Origin: Basidiobolus meristosporus CBS 931.73
Taxonomy: Eukaryota > Fungi > Basidiobolomycota
Length of the DNA: 64,000 bases
Reading direction: 5' to 3'
Assembly: GCA_002104905.1 (NCBI GenBank)
Contig: MCFE01000266.1
Location: 1 to 64,000 of the forward strand
Position numbers and translations under genes: made by a program. Of the stretch, positions 1-10,403 are shown piece after piece (position 1 is the stretch's first letter; each line of letters opens with the position of its first letter). A model generated the notes under the pieces. It saw only the letters and a list, made by a program, of their open reading frames with translations, did not search any database and was not told where the DNA came from.

Positions 1-983
1 CCTTATATGGAAATTCTGAACTCCCCTTTAACCTAAAGGGGTGTGTTGTAGAAGTCTCTAAAGGGGTCTTTAGACCTAAAGGGGTGTCTAAAGGGGTGTC
101 TTTAGAGTAAAGGGGCTTCTTGTAGTGGTCTCTAAAGTGGACTTTACACTAAAGGGGTGCCTAAAGGGGCTTCTTTAGAGTAAAGGGGTTTCTTAAAGGG
201 GTCTCTAAAGGGGTCTTTAGACTAAAGGGGTGTCTAAAGGGGTGTCTTTAGACTAAAGGGGTGTCTAAAGGGGTGTCTTTAGAGTAAAGGGGCTTCTTAG
301 AGGGGACTTTTCCGACAGAAAAGTGGTAGTTTCTTGTAGAACTTAGATTGGATTCTTGTGAGCTTTGCAGTCTCTTTACTGATGTAGTACTGATCAAAGT
401 CAGAATACTCAACAGTGCAAGTGATGCAGGGGAAGTCTTATAACCTTTAAACTTGTAATCGTAGTGTGGAGATTCTGGAAAGAGAGGCTCTCTCTTTATT
501 TCTCAGCTGGGGAAGTCATATATATGAAAATTTTGAAGGATCAAAGTTTTTGGGCGATTGCGCAAGCAATACACGTGATACGAAGCTAAAATTTTGCAGT
601 GGCGCAGATCGGACATAGGCGCAGCACCTGTGAAAATTTCACGTGATTTGATTGGCTGGTTCGAAAGTAACACATGATCAAAGTCACCATAGTAATCCTA
701 GCAATAAGGCATAGTATATATAATAATTGGACTCTTTTGGTCATAACTCCTTAAGTACTGCTTCAAATGAGCTGTAATTTGAAACATGTATTGGCTACTA
801 CGTGTTCTGTATGACATAATATTCTTGGGTGGATTGCTTGTCAGGGTCTGAAGCATTTGCTCTTCAAAGTTGGAAATTCTTGATCTTTCACTTGTGTGTT
901 ACGATAGCAAAAAGCAAAATAAAGAAATGAGTGCAATATTGGTTTAGAGATATTGTAGTAATGGAATACTTTCCATTACCACA
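1..983 (-). mobile_element. LTR-like repeat (family 4), truncated by the window start; contains TAAAGGGG array
   Basis: Matches 54145-55096 in direct orientation and 8749-~9530 in inverted orientation. It ends ...CCATTACCACA (983), so it begins TGTGGTAATGG on the minus strand. On that strand the order is CCAAT (651-655), two CACGTG boxes (640-645, 572-577), TATATA (~520), AATAAA (~497), as expected for U3-R-U5. Confidence 0.6.
34..306 (+). repeat. Tandem TAAAGGGG array (~15 units) with CTTTAG-A-CTAAAG micro-hairpins
   Basis: Directly visible repeated TAAAGGGG with short variable spacers (TGTC, TCTC, TGTCTTTAGAG). Confidence 0.9.
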
Positions 984-984
984 G

Positions 985-2970
985 CTCATATCCTAGTACA
1001 AACTCCTTACACAAAAGCTGTATATGTATAAAGTTGGCATTGGTAATCCACTTGCAAAAAGTACTCCTACAATGTTAAGATATGACTCCCAATGCTTCCA
1101 ATGTACACTTGGTAGAGATTGTTTCAGAAGGCAATTCAAATAAAAATATATTCAGTTCATCCAGTCCTTGCTTTTGTATTTTGCATATGTATATGAGTAA
1201 TGATTGAAGCCAGCAACTACTTTTGGTAGCAGATACTTTTATATCTGCTAACCCTTTCAGATTTCTCCAGTATTTTGTGGGGGCTCATTTTGCATGAAAT
1301 GCCCTGTTTACAACTTGATCATCAGTATAGGGATGCTGTTAACCAGCAAGTGCAGTGCTCCCAATGGAAAGATTTCACTCCCACCAATAAATCATCAAGG
1401 CCCCTTTGACTGATATTGGTGGAAGTATGCTACTTTTCTAGCCACAGCATTGCATTGTCTACCAGTAACTGTATTACTAGGTTAACTTGATGCCATAAAT
1501 TATCCTTAGTATTTTTTCCACTCTTGCTGTCTCATTGCTTATTGCAATTTTACCAGGCTCATGCAGGGAACTGTCACAATCCACCAGTGAGCCTTCTTCT
1601 TTGGCACAATTGCTGTTGATGCCACTTACAGAAGGCTGATGTCAGCCTAAAGGCATCAAAAACTCACCTGACTCAGTTTGCTCAAGGTAACAAGTACCAT
1701 AAAGTGCCATCATAGTGGTATCCAGTGGCCAGCAAGATATTGTTAGTACATCAGGGACTGATAAATGTACAAATATAAGTTGTGTGGCAAAACACTGGCT
1801 GTGCTTCTTGAAATACTTCTTATCCTGCCTGCATGATGCATGAATGAGAGGCTTGTCACAATAGCCCCATGGTCTTTTTTCTCTTCTCTTACAACTATAA
1901 ATCAAAGCAGTCTTGTCTGAGTGGCAAACAGCTTGATCCTTGACAATACAACACTATTATGTCACTTCTTTGTCAAATTCTTGCAAGTTTAAGACAATCT
2001 TGTATTTGAGACATTTACATACATGAATGTAAGATTCAATAATGCCCAGCTATTGTAAATACCATAAGTTAAGTTGTGGCACCAAATACACAAATATATG
2101 TACCACTATTTTCCCTTGGGTGTTTCTCACTTCCATATAAATGCCACAAATAAGTAAAACCATATTATCTGGTTTCCAACCAAGCCCCACTGTTAAAAGT
2201 GGCAAAAGGATGGCAGTACAGCAGCTTGTTGTGACACTCAGTGTAACAAGCAGGCATTCATTTAAAAAAGGCAATACTGAAAGTATACTCACAGAAGGTA
2301 ATGATAAAACTCCTCAGGCTCTCAGTCACTAGGCAAATCAGAATCTCTGCATTGCCTCAAGCTCACTATAAGGCTCAGGCAATGAGAATTGAGCCAATGC
2401 AGTACCCTTGGTCAAAGACCAGCTGGTGACTATCATAATATTACCACCACACACATTAGTAAGTATATTGACAGCTCATACCAAAGCATAAATGAGGCAA
2501 TTAGGTACGGTAGCTGATGGAATAGATGCTGTGGCCTAGTGAGCTCAGGAAATAGTCCAGATATATTATGAGCAGATAGTAGATGTAGTGCAATCTATAT
2601 CCCTTGCAGAAAAGACAGTATCTTTGCCACAAAGTAGGAAGTCAGATGGCCAACTGTTGCAGCTGGGACCTGAGCTATTTCCTAATGTTACGGCATAGAC
2701 ATACTGTACAGTTTTTGATACACAATAACAGTACCCAAAGATAAAGCCCACTGTAAAACCTATTGCAGCATGTGAGGGAGAGACTATGGTGTTTATACCC
2801 AAGTCTAAAGATGAAAAATCATTGAAGGTTTGTGAAGCTGTTGAGTGCAATGATGAAGTGGGGGCTAATATTCAAGAGGTTGTTAGAAGTCTAGCATGAC
2901 ATCACCTTAAGGCTGGCATACCATGGGACCATTGGGAACTCAAGGCAAAGTAGAATACACAGACCTGCTC
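985..2970 (-). pseudogene. Degenerate CMC/EnSpm-like (Tnp2) element relic with adjacent spacer blocks
   Basis: 985-1290 is the reverse complement of the Tnp2 mid-region at ~6300-6600. 1290-2970 is the reverse complement of ~30860-32560; ORF fragments GFIFGYCYCVSKTVQY (2566-2850) and GFIFGHCCFASMTVQC (31060-31347) correspond. Confidence 0.55.
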
Positions 2971-2974
2971 CATG

Positions 2975-5900
2975 TGTCACAAGTCTTGATATAAGAGTTA
3001 TAGAGGAATAGGGAGCTTAGCTAGTATTTTATTAATTAAAGCTAGAACTGATGTTCATTGAGGTTCCAGCAGCTCCTTTTATACACTTTGCCAGATCAGT
3101 TGCTGACTAATTGTGTTTCCTAATGTAGGTTGTGGCTGCTAACTCATTTGATTGCATCATCATCACCTAATAGGATCCTACTTAATATATCTATTCCTGT
3201 CTGATAAGGATCTGATGATACATTTGCCAACTAGTGCTGCTGACTTGATAGATAAGACTGATATACCAATTGACTAAACATATGACTAATTGATTTAAAT
3301 ATAAATTGATGTAACATCCACATTCAAGCAGTAGACCATAGCATTCTCCCATACTAAAGTTGCAAGGGTTTGCCTGAATCTCTTTTCTTGTGATGCAAAT
3401 ATCTTGATGGTTCAGTATTATTGGCAAGTTGTGCAAGCTTGAGTCTGTCTCTATGAGCTAAATCTCCCTAGATATTCCCTTTCTATCCACCAATTGGTAT
3501 GTTGCAAATGGACATTCTCTGATGACCTCAAAAGGTCCTGTTCATTGTGGCTCAAGCTTCTTCCTGGTGTTCTTCCTCAGCAGTAAAAAGTTCTCAACTG
3601 TTAAAGCTTCTAGTGATATAGTCTTATCAAATCTCTGCCTCATCTTTTCTGGACTTTGAGATAGTTTGGCCTGTGCCTCTTTATGTCTTTGTTCAAGCTG
3701 CTAGTGTCTACTTGGCTGACTATGCGCATCATTTAAGGTGTCTGTAAGCTTTAGTTGTGTAAGATCTCCTGGAATCCTTGGTTCATATCCATACACTATG
3801 GAAAATGTGCATTGTTGGGTGGTGTTGTGTGCTCTAACTCTGCATGCAAAAGGTACATGGTCTTTATACTCATCTCATTTACTGACAGCTCCATTTGCAT
3901 ACTTGGTCAGCACTTTTCCAAAAAATCCATTAGAAAACACAGTAAATGAGTAGAGGGCTTGGTAGTCAATACACATCCTAAGTGTTCTATTGTTTTCTTT
4001 AACACAAAGCCCTGGTGCCACCCAAGGTGACTTGCTGGGTCAGATATACCCTTGTTCAAATAATTGATGTATTTGTCTCTTCATTTCTTCCAACTTTGAT
4101 GGACTCATTCTGTAAGGTGTCTTACATGCTGGGGGGCTATCCCCTATCTTAATGGCATGATCTACATTTCTGACTGGTGGTAGGCTTACAAGTTCATCTG
4201 GAAATATGTCTAAATATTCCTTCAAAATAGTCTGGATCTTATAGGGTGCTGATGTAGAGGAGTCCTCCTGTAATACTACCATAAGGTACATCTGGATGCC
4301 TTTTCTCAGTGCTCTACAGAACTGTGTCTTGGTAAGTTTATTTGTTTCACACACACTGGAATTGACCAAGTTGAAATTCAGTCTGGCAGATAATAGCTCA
4401 TAGGTCTTATTGTCTTTCAGTATCTGAGTAGCATGGGTTCTCCAGTTAGTTGATGGACAAAATAGCTGGGCTTCTCCAAGTACAAGGTCAAACTTGAGGT
4501 TTCCAAATATAAATGCTTGTAGGTCTTCTTCATAGTCATTGATCCTCATTTTTACAGGCTGAGTAATTCGGTCAATTATGTGAGAGTTCCCATGAGCTGT
4601 AAGACTGAAGTTGATCTGATGAGTCCTGAGTTGATTCCAGTTTTCAAAACAAATTGCTCTGACATGTGCTCATGCAATGTTCCTGAGTCAATCATGATTT
4701 TGACAGGTACTGCATTGATTACTCCATTCAAGTATAATAGCTTTCCTGAGTTTGAGTTCATCTGGGATAGGTATTTTTCTGTGATATAGAAGGTGAGTTC
4801 TGAGTTTTCTTCAAGTTCATTGTCTATGTTACTATGCTCAAGGGCTTCAATATGATTGAAGGTTCTTGATGGCTGGTGTCCATTTCTACTCTGAGGGCAG
4901 TGCTCTGCAATATGTTCCTGCTGGTGACAATTACAGTAAATTTCTTTCTTCATACATTCTTCTGAGGTAGGATTTTTCTGCATAGCATCTATTTCCTTTG
5001 GCACTGCTTCTGATTGTCTTCTTACATAGTAATTAAAGCCTCTTGGAATAGTCATTGTAGGCTTCCAACTCCAAGCATAGCTAAGTCATAGTCAATGGCA
5101 ATATTGCTAGGTTCTTCAGTAGTCTGAGGTCTTTGATAACTCACTTCCTTGCAAGTTTTTTCCTTCAACCCAGCAATAAGGTATGCAACATGATCTAGAG
5201 GGTCCATCCTTGGAATTTGTCCAAGTAGACATCTAAATCCATAGATATATTCTTCAACCATTCCGTTCTGTCTCAGTGTTTTCCACTTCCCTCTTGGTAG
5301 TGTCTGCTGGCAAGGGGGGTTGGAAAGCATCCTGAATTTCCAAAACAAACTCATCCCAGTTAGATATTATGGAGCATCCTATCATGGTAGCTGACTTAAT
5401 CTTGTTGTGGTACCACTGTAAAGCTGCATCTCTATGGTAAGAGGCTGCCTAATGTAACTTGGTTACTGGAGCAATTCCTTTTGCCTTGAAAGCATCTTCA
5501 ATCTGGAAAAGCCAAGTTCCCAGGTTTTCATTGACTCTACAATGGTAGTGGTTGACCTTCACATGCAAGTTGCTCTTGACAGGGTTTTGCTGGCTTTGCA
5601 CCATGGTAGTCATTTCTTGTTGCAACTGGGCCAGGATTTGCTACATAGCATTCCTGCATTCATGAATTTCTGAAATCTTGAGGGACCCTTCTTCTATTTT
5701 CAAAAGTGAGGTTTCTGATTATTGCTGCTACCAATGTTACAAGTCTTTGTAGAAGAGTTATAGAGGAATAGGGTGTTTAGCTTGTTTTGTATTGACTATA
5801 ACTTGAACTGCTTTTTATTGAGGTTCCAGCAGCTCCTTATAAACAATTTGCCAGATCAGTTGCAGACTATTTGTATTTCCTAATGTAGGCTGTGGCTGAT

Positions 5901-5998
5901 GATCCATTTGATTGCATCATTATCACCTAATAAGATACTACTTAATATATCCATTCCTGTCTGAAAATGATCTGCTGATTCATTTGCTGACTAATACT
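2975..5998 (-). mobile_element. Old, internally deleted Ty3/Gypsy copy (same family as 9978-14915)
   Basis: 3' LTR at 2975-3343, PPT adjacent, gag/PR/RT-start fragments (ORFs 5052-5354, 4576-5055, 4040-4549), PBS at ~5717-5734, 5' LTR truncated at ~5998. About 1.8 kb of RT/RH/IN is lost at a junction near 3950. Confidence 0.85.
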
Positions 5999-5999
5999 A

Positions 6000-7540
6000 A
6001 TGGTATTGCTGTTGAATGTGCGTGATCCAGGGGATTTTCTCCATAAATAATACACATTATTATTACCCAAACATCAACACTACAAAAACATCTTTATGCA
6101 GAAAAATTGTACAGAAATCACAATGCAATTGCAGCAAAGTTGGCAAGCTATAAGCCATTGTCTGGAAAATGGGTCCAATTGAACACCTGAGATACTTAAG
6201 ATGGAGGGTATCTGCTGGAGCCAAAACTTCTACACTTGGAGCAATGCATTTATGTTTCATTAAGGTCTCTATACTGATGACCAAGTTGTACATGGGGCAT
6301 TTCAAGCTAAATGAGCCACTCAAGATGCCAGAGAAATTTGAAAGAATTAGCAAGATATTAGAGCTTATCTGCTACCCTGAGTACTTTTCATGGGCTCCAA
6401 TCAATAGTCATATGTATGTGCAACAATACAAATGCAGAGACTGGATGAACTGGATACATACTTATTTAAGTGGCTTTCTGAAGTAACTCTTACCAAGAGT
6501 ACATTGAAACATTGGGAGTTATATGTAGACATTGTAGGAATTTATATCTAGAAGCGGATCACCAATGACAACTTAATGCATCAAAAGCTTTTTTGCACAG
6601 AGTTTTTGATGGGACTTGAGCAACTATACTACAAGCATAAAGCAGAACGTCTAGATCTCTGCTGCTATTGTATCCATTTGCTACTTCATCTTGCTTGGTG
6701 TGTTCAGAATATTGGACCTTGTTGTGCCTTTTGGGAGTTTCCTATGGAGCAGATGTGTGGAGAGATAGGAAGACAAGTCAAGTTGGAGGTACTAACATAT
6801 CCCAATCTCATCAAGAATATTACCTTCAAGTCCACAATGGCTGTGATGAGTGGTTACATGAAGGACAGCCAGGAAGAGTTGGAAAATACTGAGTACAGAT
6901 GTGCACATGGAGACACCTATTCCTATGGAATTAAGAAGCTAAGCAGCCCCAATGCATGAGTATTCAGTTAATTAGTGTAAAGTTGGGTTGGGTGCAACAA
7001 GCAACTAATTTCTATTAGGAATGCCCTACTAGAGTATGTCAGGTTTCTCTTGGTCACAAGCCAACATCTACACCATTCAATACAGAATTCACACAAACAA
7101 GAGCCAGAGTACACCTAAAAAGAAGACAAGAATTCAGCGTGGAGAAGGAATATACTAACTAAATACCAAAAAGCTCTTTGTGGATATTCAGGAGGTATTT
7201 ATGGTAGAACTGGCAGCAAGCAAGCATCTGTTTCCAAGATGTATATGTTACCAGCAATACAAGGTATATGGTGACTATGCAAGTATCACACTACAAAGCC
7301 GTAAAGTTGAGGTGATAGAAGTATGTCAGTTGTGGTAGATGTGTGCATTTGTAGAGGTTATTTAGCAGGAGGCAATAGTATTTTGATTCTAACTAAATAT
7401 GGAATTCCCAAGGTAGTAGTGGGTATGCAAATAAAGAGGGGTGATTCTATAGTGGAATATATAAATTGCACCTGGGGAGGTAGTGTAAGGAGATACCATT
7501 TGGTAAATTGGTATGGTAGCATTATACAGAACTAGCAGAC
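6000..7540 (+). pseudogene. CMC/EnSpm-like transposase relic, C-terminal half (DUF4218-type) and 3' region
   Basis: ORF 6576-6959 reads LEQLYYKHKAERLDLCCYCIHLLLHL...GPCCAFWEFPMEQMCG, matching the fungal Tnp2/DUF4218 motif (YY..P.RL...H.LLH....GP..a.W.FPMER.CG). Stops and frameshifts are present. Homologous to 42139-43620. Confidence 0.7.
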
Positions 7541-8520
7541 ACTATTAAAGGCAGAAGTGCAAGGGTGCAATTACTAAAGACCAGCGGCTTGCTCAAGAGC
7601 CCATTACAATCAAGGCCAAGAGCTCCAAACAAGTGTTGAAGAGACATCAGGTAGAAGGAAGAGTGCCAATAAGGGAAATGCAGGCAGACACATATTCCCC
7701 ATCACAACTTTACTAAAGAAAGAGTGTGGTTCTACTCAAGAAGCACTCATTCAAAGTAGCAGAGAAGGACTGGGCATTGATAAAAGCAGGAGGCTATCCC
7801 AGGGGCCTGTCACAGCTTTGGCTGCAAGTTTGAAACAAGCAGAAAAAAGCATCTGGTTGACTGCAGAGTGCCAGCAAGGGACAAGCAGGCCAAAACAAAT
7901 ACATCAGAGCTGCATTTATCAAGAAGAAAATGAGGTTCTACATAAAGAGCATTAAGACAAAGTAGGAGTGAAAGACCTGGAAGCAATGAGGGAAAAGGAA
8001 AAGGGAAAAAGTCTACCAAAGCTGGAGAGAGTGGAGTTTGAGCAGAAGGCTGCAGCTCTTGCCAATTGATGCCAATAGCCAGGAACTAACTGAATCCATT
8101 CAAAGCCAATAAGAATTATCAACAATAATACAGCTGTTCTCAAAAGAGTTTAATGCCCAGCCAGTTGAGCTACATTCCAGTGATGTAGATGAGTTTGCAG
8201 AAAAATGCAATCCATCTACCACAGCCTCCACATCCTGCATTGTTCACAGAGTAGAGATCCCACTGACTGACAAAGTAACATTATCAAGAGCTCAAAAGAT
8301 TACAACAATGCCTTCAGTGAGATTTTGGAGCATTAAGAGGCACACCAAGAGGTTGCAGCACTTCTTCAAGCGCAGCACTCAAGAAAACAACCAGAATACT
8401 GCAAGGATTTATTGCAAAGACTGGGATATGAGGTGCTAAGCCTTGCAGTGCCAGCTGAAGACCAGGATATATGGGAACCAGTGAATGAACAGTGACGTAA
8501 AGCTGTATGGTTCCTGCCAA
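7540..8520 (+). repeat. Spacer block of the Tnp2-associated unit
   Basis: Reverse complement of 30358-30800 joined to 20070-20850. ORF fragments 7952-8143(-) vs 20627-20845(+) and 8314-8520(-) vs 20262-20486(+) align. Confidence 0.6.
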
Positions 8521-8748
8521 AGTCAGGAATACAGGGCATTACTGCAGAAATACTTATTGAGCAGTGGACTCTAATAGAGTTACTTGCTGAATGTGGGGTT
8601 GGGACTAATGTTGGTGTAGGTTATAGGGACTTGTATAGATCAATACAATTGGCATTTGAGGTACAACTGATGTTTCAATGGAAATAAATCAATTTGTATG
8701 CACAAGAAGTAAGATAAATGGTTGAGTCAGGAAGTTAGGAGTAAGAAA

Positions 8749-9740
8749 TGTGGTAATGGAAGGTATTTGATTATATCTCAAAACCAATATTGCACTCCTT
8801 ATTTGATTGTGCTTTGCTATTGTAACACACATATGAAAGATCAAGAAATTCCTGCTTTGAAGGACAAAAGCTCAAGACCCTGACAAGCAATACACCCAAG
8901 AATATTATGTCATGCAGAACATGTTGTAGCCACTACATGTTTCAAATCACAGGGTATCAGAAGGAGAACTTAAGGAGTAATGATCAAAGAAGTCCAATTA
9001 CCATATATACTAGGCCTCTATTGCAGGGGTTACCATGGTTACTTCAATTGCATATAACTTTTGAACCAGCCAATCACGTCACATGATATTCCCACAGGTG
9101 CTGTGCCTATGTCCAATCTGTGCCACTGCAAATTTTTAGCTTTGTATTGCATACATTGCTTGCACAATCAACCAAAAGCTTTATCCATCAGAGTTTTCAT
9201 ATGTATGAGTTCCATGGCTGAAAAATAACAAAGAGCCTCTCTTTTCAGACTCTCCACACTACAATTACAAGTTTAAAGATTATAACACTTCCCCAGCATT
9301 GCTTGCACTGTTGGGCAATTGGACTTTGATTGGTACTGCATTAATAAAGAGACTGCCAAGCTCACAAGGATCCAATCTATGTTCTACAAGATAACCGTTA
9401 CTTTTCTGCAGGGAAAGTCCCCTTAAAGAATCCCCTTTACTCTAACAACACCCTTTAGTCTAAAAACCCCCTAAGAGACTTCAATGTCACACCCATCTAG
9501 GTTAAAGGGGAGCTCAGAATCTCCATATTATAAAAAATATTCCCTCAGAACAGAAAGTCACTTTCAAATAAGGAAAAGTTACTATAAAAGTAAATATGCC
9601 CAACAGTCAACAGAAGGTCAGAAAACCGCTCTTCAAGTGAGAAACACTGCCTACAGTATACTTTGAGCCTAAGAGTGGGGATATTAGTGAGAGCTATATC
9701 TTCTGTTGGTAGCCAATCAATGCTCACAAACATAGGAGGT
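8749..9740 (+). mobile_element. LTR-like repeat (family 4), diverged copy with contracted array
   Basis: Starts TGTGGTAATGG. It is the inverted homologue of 1-983 and ~53930-55096, with only ~4-5 degenerate CCCCTTTA units at 9415-9510. The 3' end is not resolved. Confidence 0.55.
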
Positions 9741-9977
9741 GATATAGTTTATGGGATCAGAGAGTGAGAAAATTGGCAGAAAACCTATCAAAAGCCTTTG
9801 TATCATTGTAATGAAAAATTTTGACCAGGTTTTTTATGAAATCTGGGGTGCAATGATTTTTTGACGGTCTCTGCATGGTGTTCTAAAGGGATCAATACCT
9901 CTTTGTCACAGTACTTTGAATTTGTGATGGCCTTTTGACAGGATTATAACAGTAACTATACAGCTCTGGTTTCAAAC

Positions 9978-10345
9978 TGTTATGATCTGCCGCTTGAATG
10001 TTTAAGTTAGATCAGTTTTTAGTCAAATCAGTTAGTATATGTTTAGGTTATCAGTACATCAGTATTATCTATGAAATCAGTAGCATTAGTCAGCAAATGA
10101 ATCAGCAGATCCTTATCAGACAGAAATAGATATATTAAGTAGGATCTTATTGGGTGATGATGATGCAATCAAATGAGTCATCAGCCACAACCTACATTAG
10201 GAAATACAATTAGTCAGCAATTGATCTGGCAAAATGTATATAAGGAGCTGCTGGAACCTCAATAAAAATCAGTTCAAGTTTTAGTGAATACAATACTAGC
10301 TAAACTCCCTATTCCTCTACAACTCTTATACCAAGACTTGTAACA
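9978..10345 (+). repeat. Gypsy 5' LTR (368 bp)
   Basis: TGTTATGATC...CTTGTAACA; no difference from the 3' LTR seen by eye; TATATAA and AATAAA present. Confidence 0.97.
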
Positions 10346-10346
10346 T

Positions 10347-10357
10347 TGGTAGCAGCG
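10347..10357 (+). promoter_or_regulatory. Primer-binding site, complementary to the 3' end of initiator tRNA-Met
   Basis: TGGTAGCAGCG immediately after the LTR is complementary to ...CGCUGCUACCA, which implies an A1:U72 pair, the eukaryotic initiator tRNA hallmark. Confidence 0.8.
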
Positions 10358-10403
10358 ATAACCAGAAACCTCCCTCCTGAAGAAAGAAGAAACCACCCTC
10401 AAG

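Noticed and set aside
34-306. TAAAGGGG array as a telomere or CRISPR array
   Set aside because: Spacers are short, recurrent and non-unique, and no cas genes are present. The array is internal to a dispersed repeat seen again at 54177 and 9415, with unique sequence on both sides.
572-655. CACGTG motifs as point-centromere CDEI elements
   Set aside because: No AT-rich CDEII or CDEIII follows; together with CCAAT and TATA they fit an LTR promoter.
8520-8748. Unassigned AT-rich interval
   Set aside because: No ORF, repeat or recognisable homology within the window; nothing supportable.
1-9530. 1-983 and 8749-9530 as giant TIRs of one 9.5-kb DNA transposon
   Set aside because: The same repeat occurs alone at 53854-55096 with TG...CA ends and its own TSD, so these are more simply two independent LTR copies in opposite orientation.
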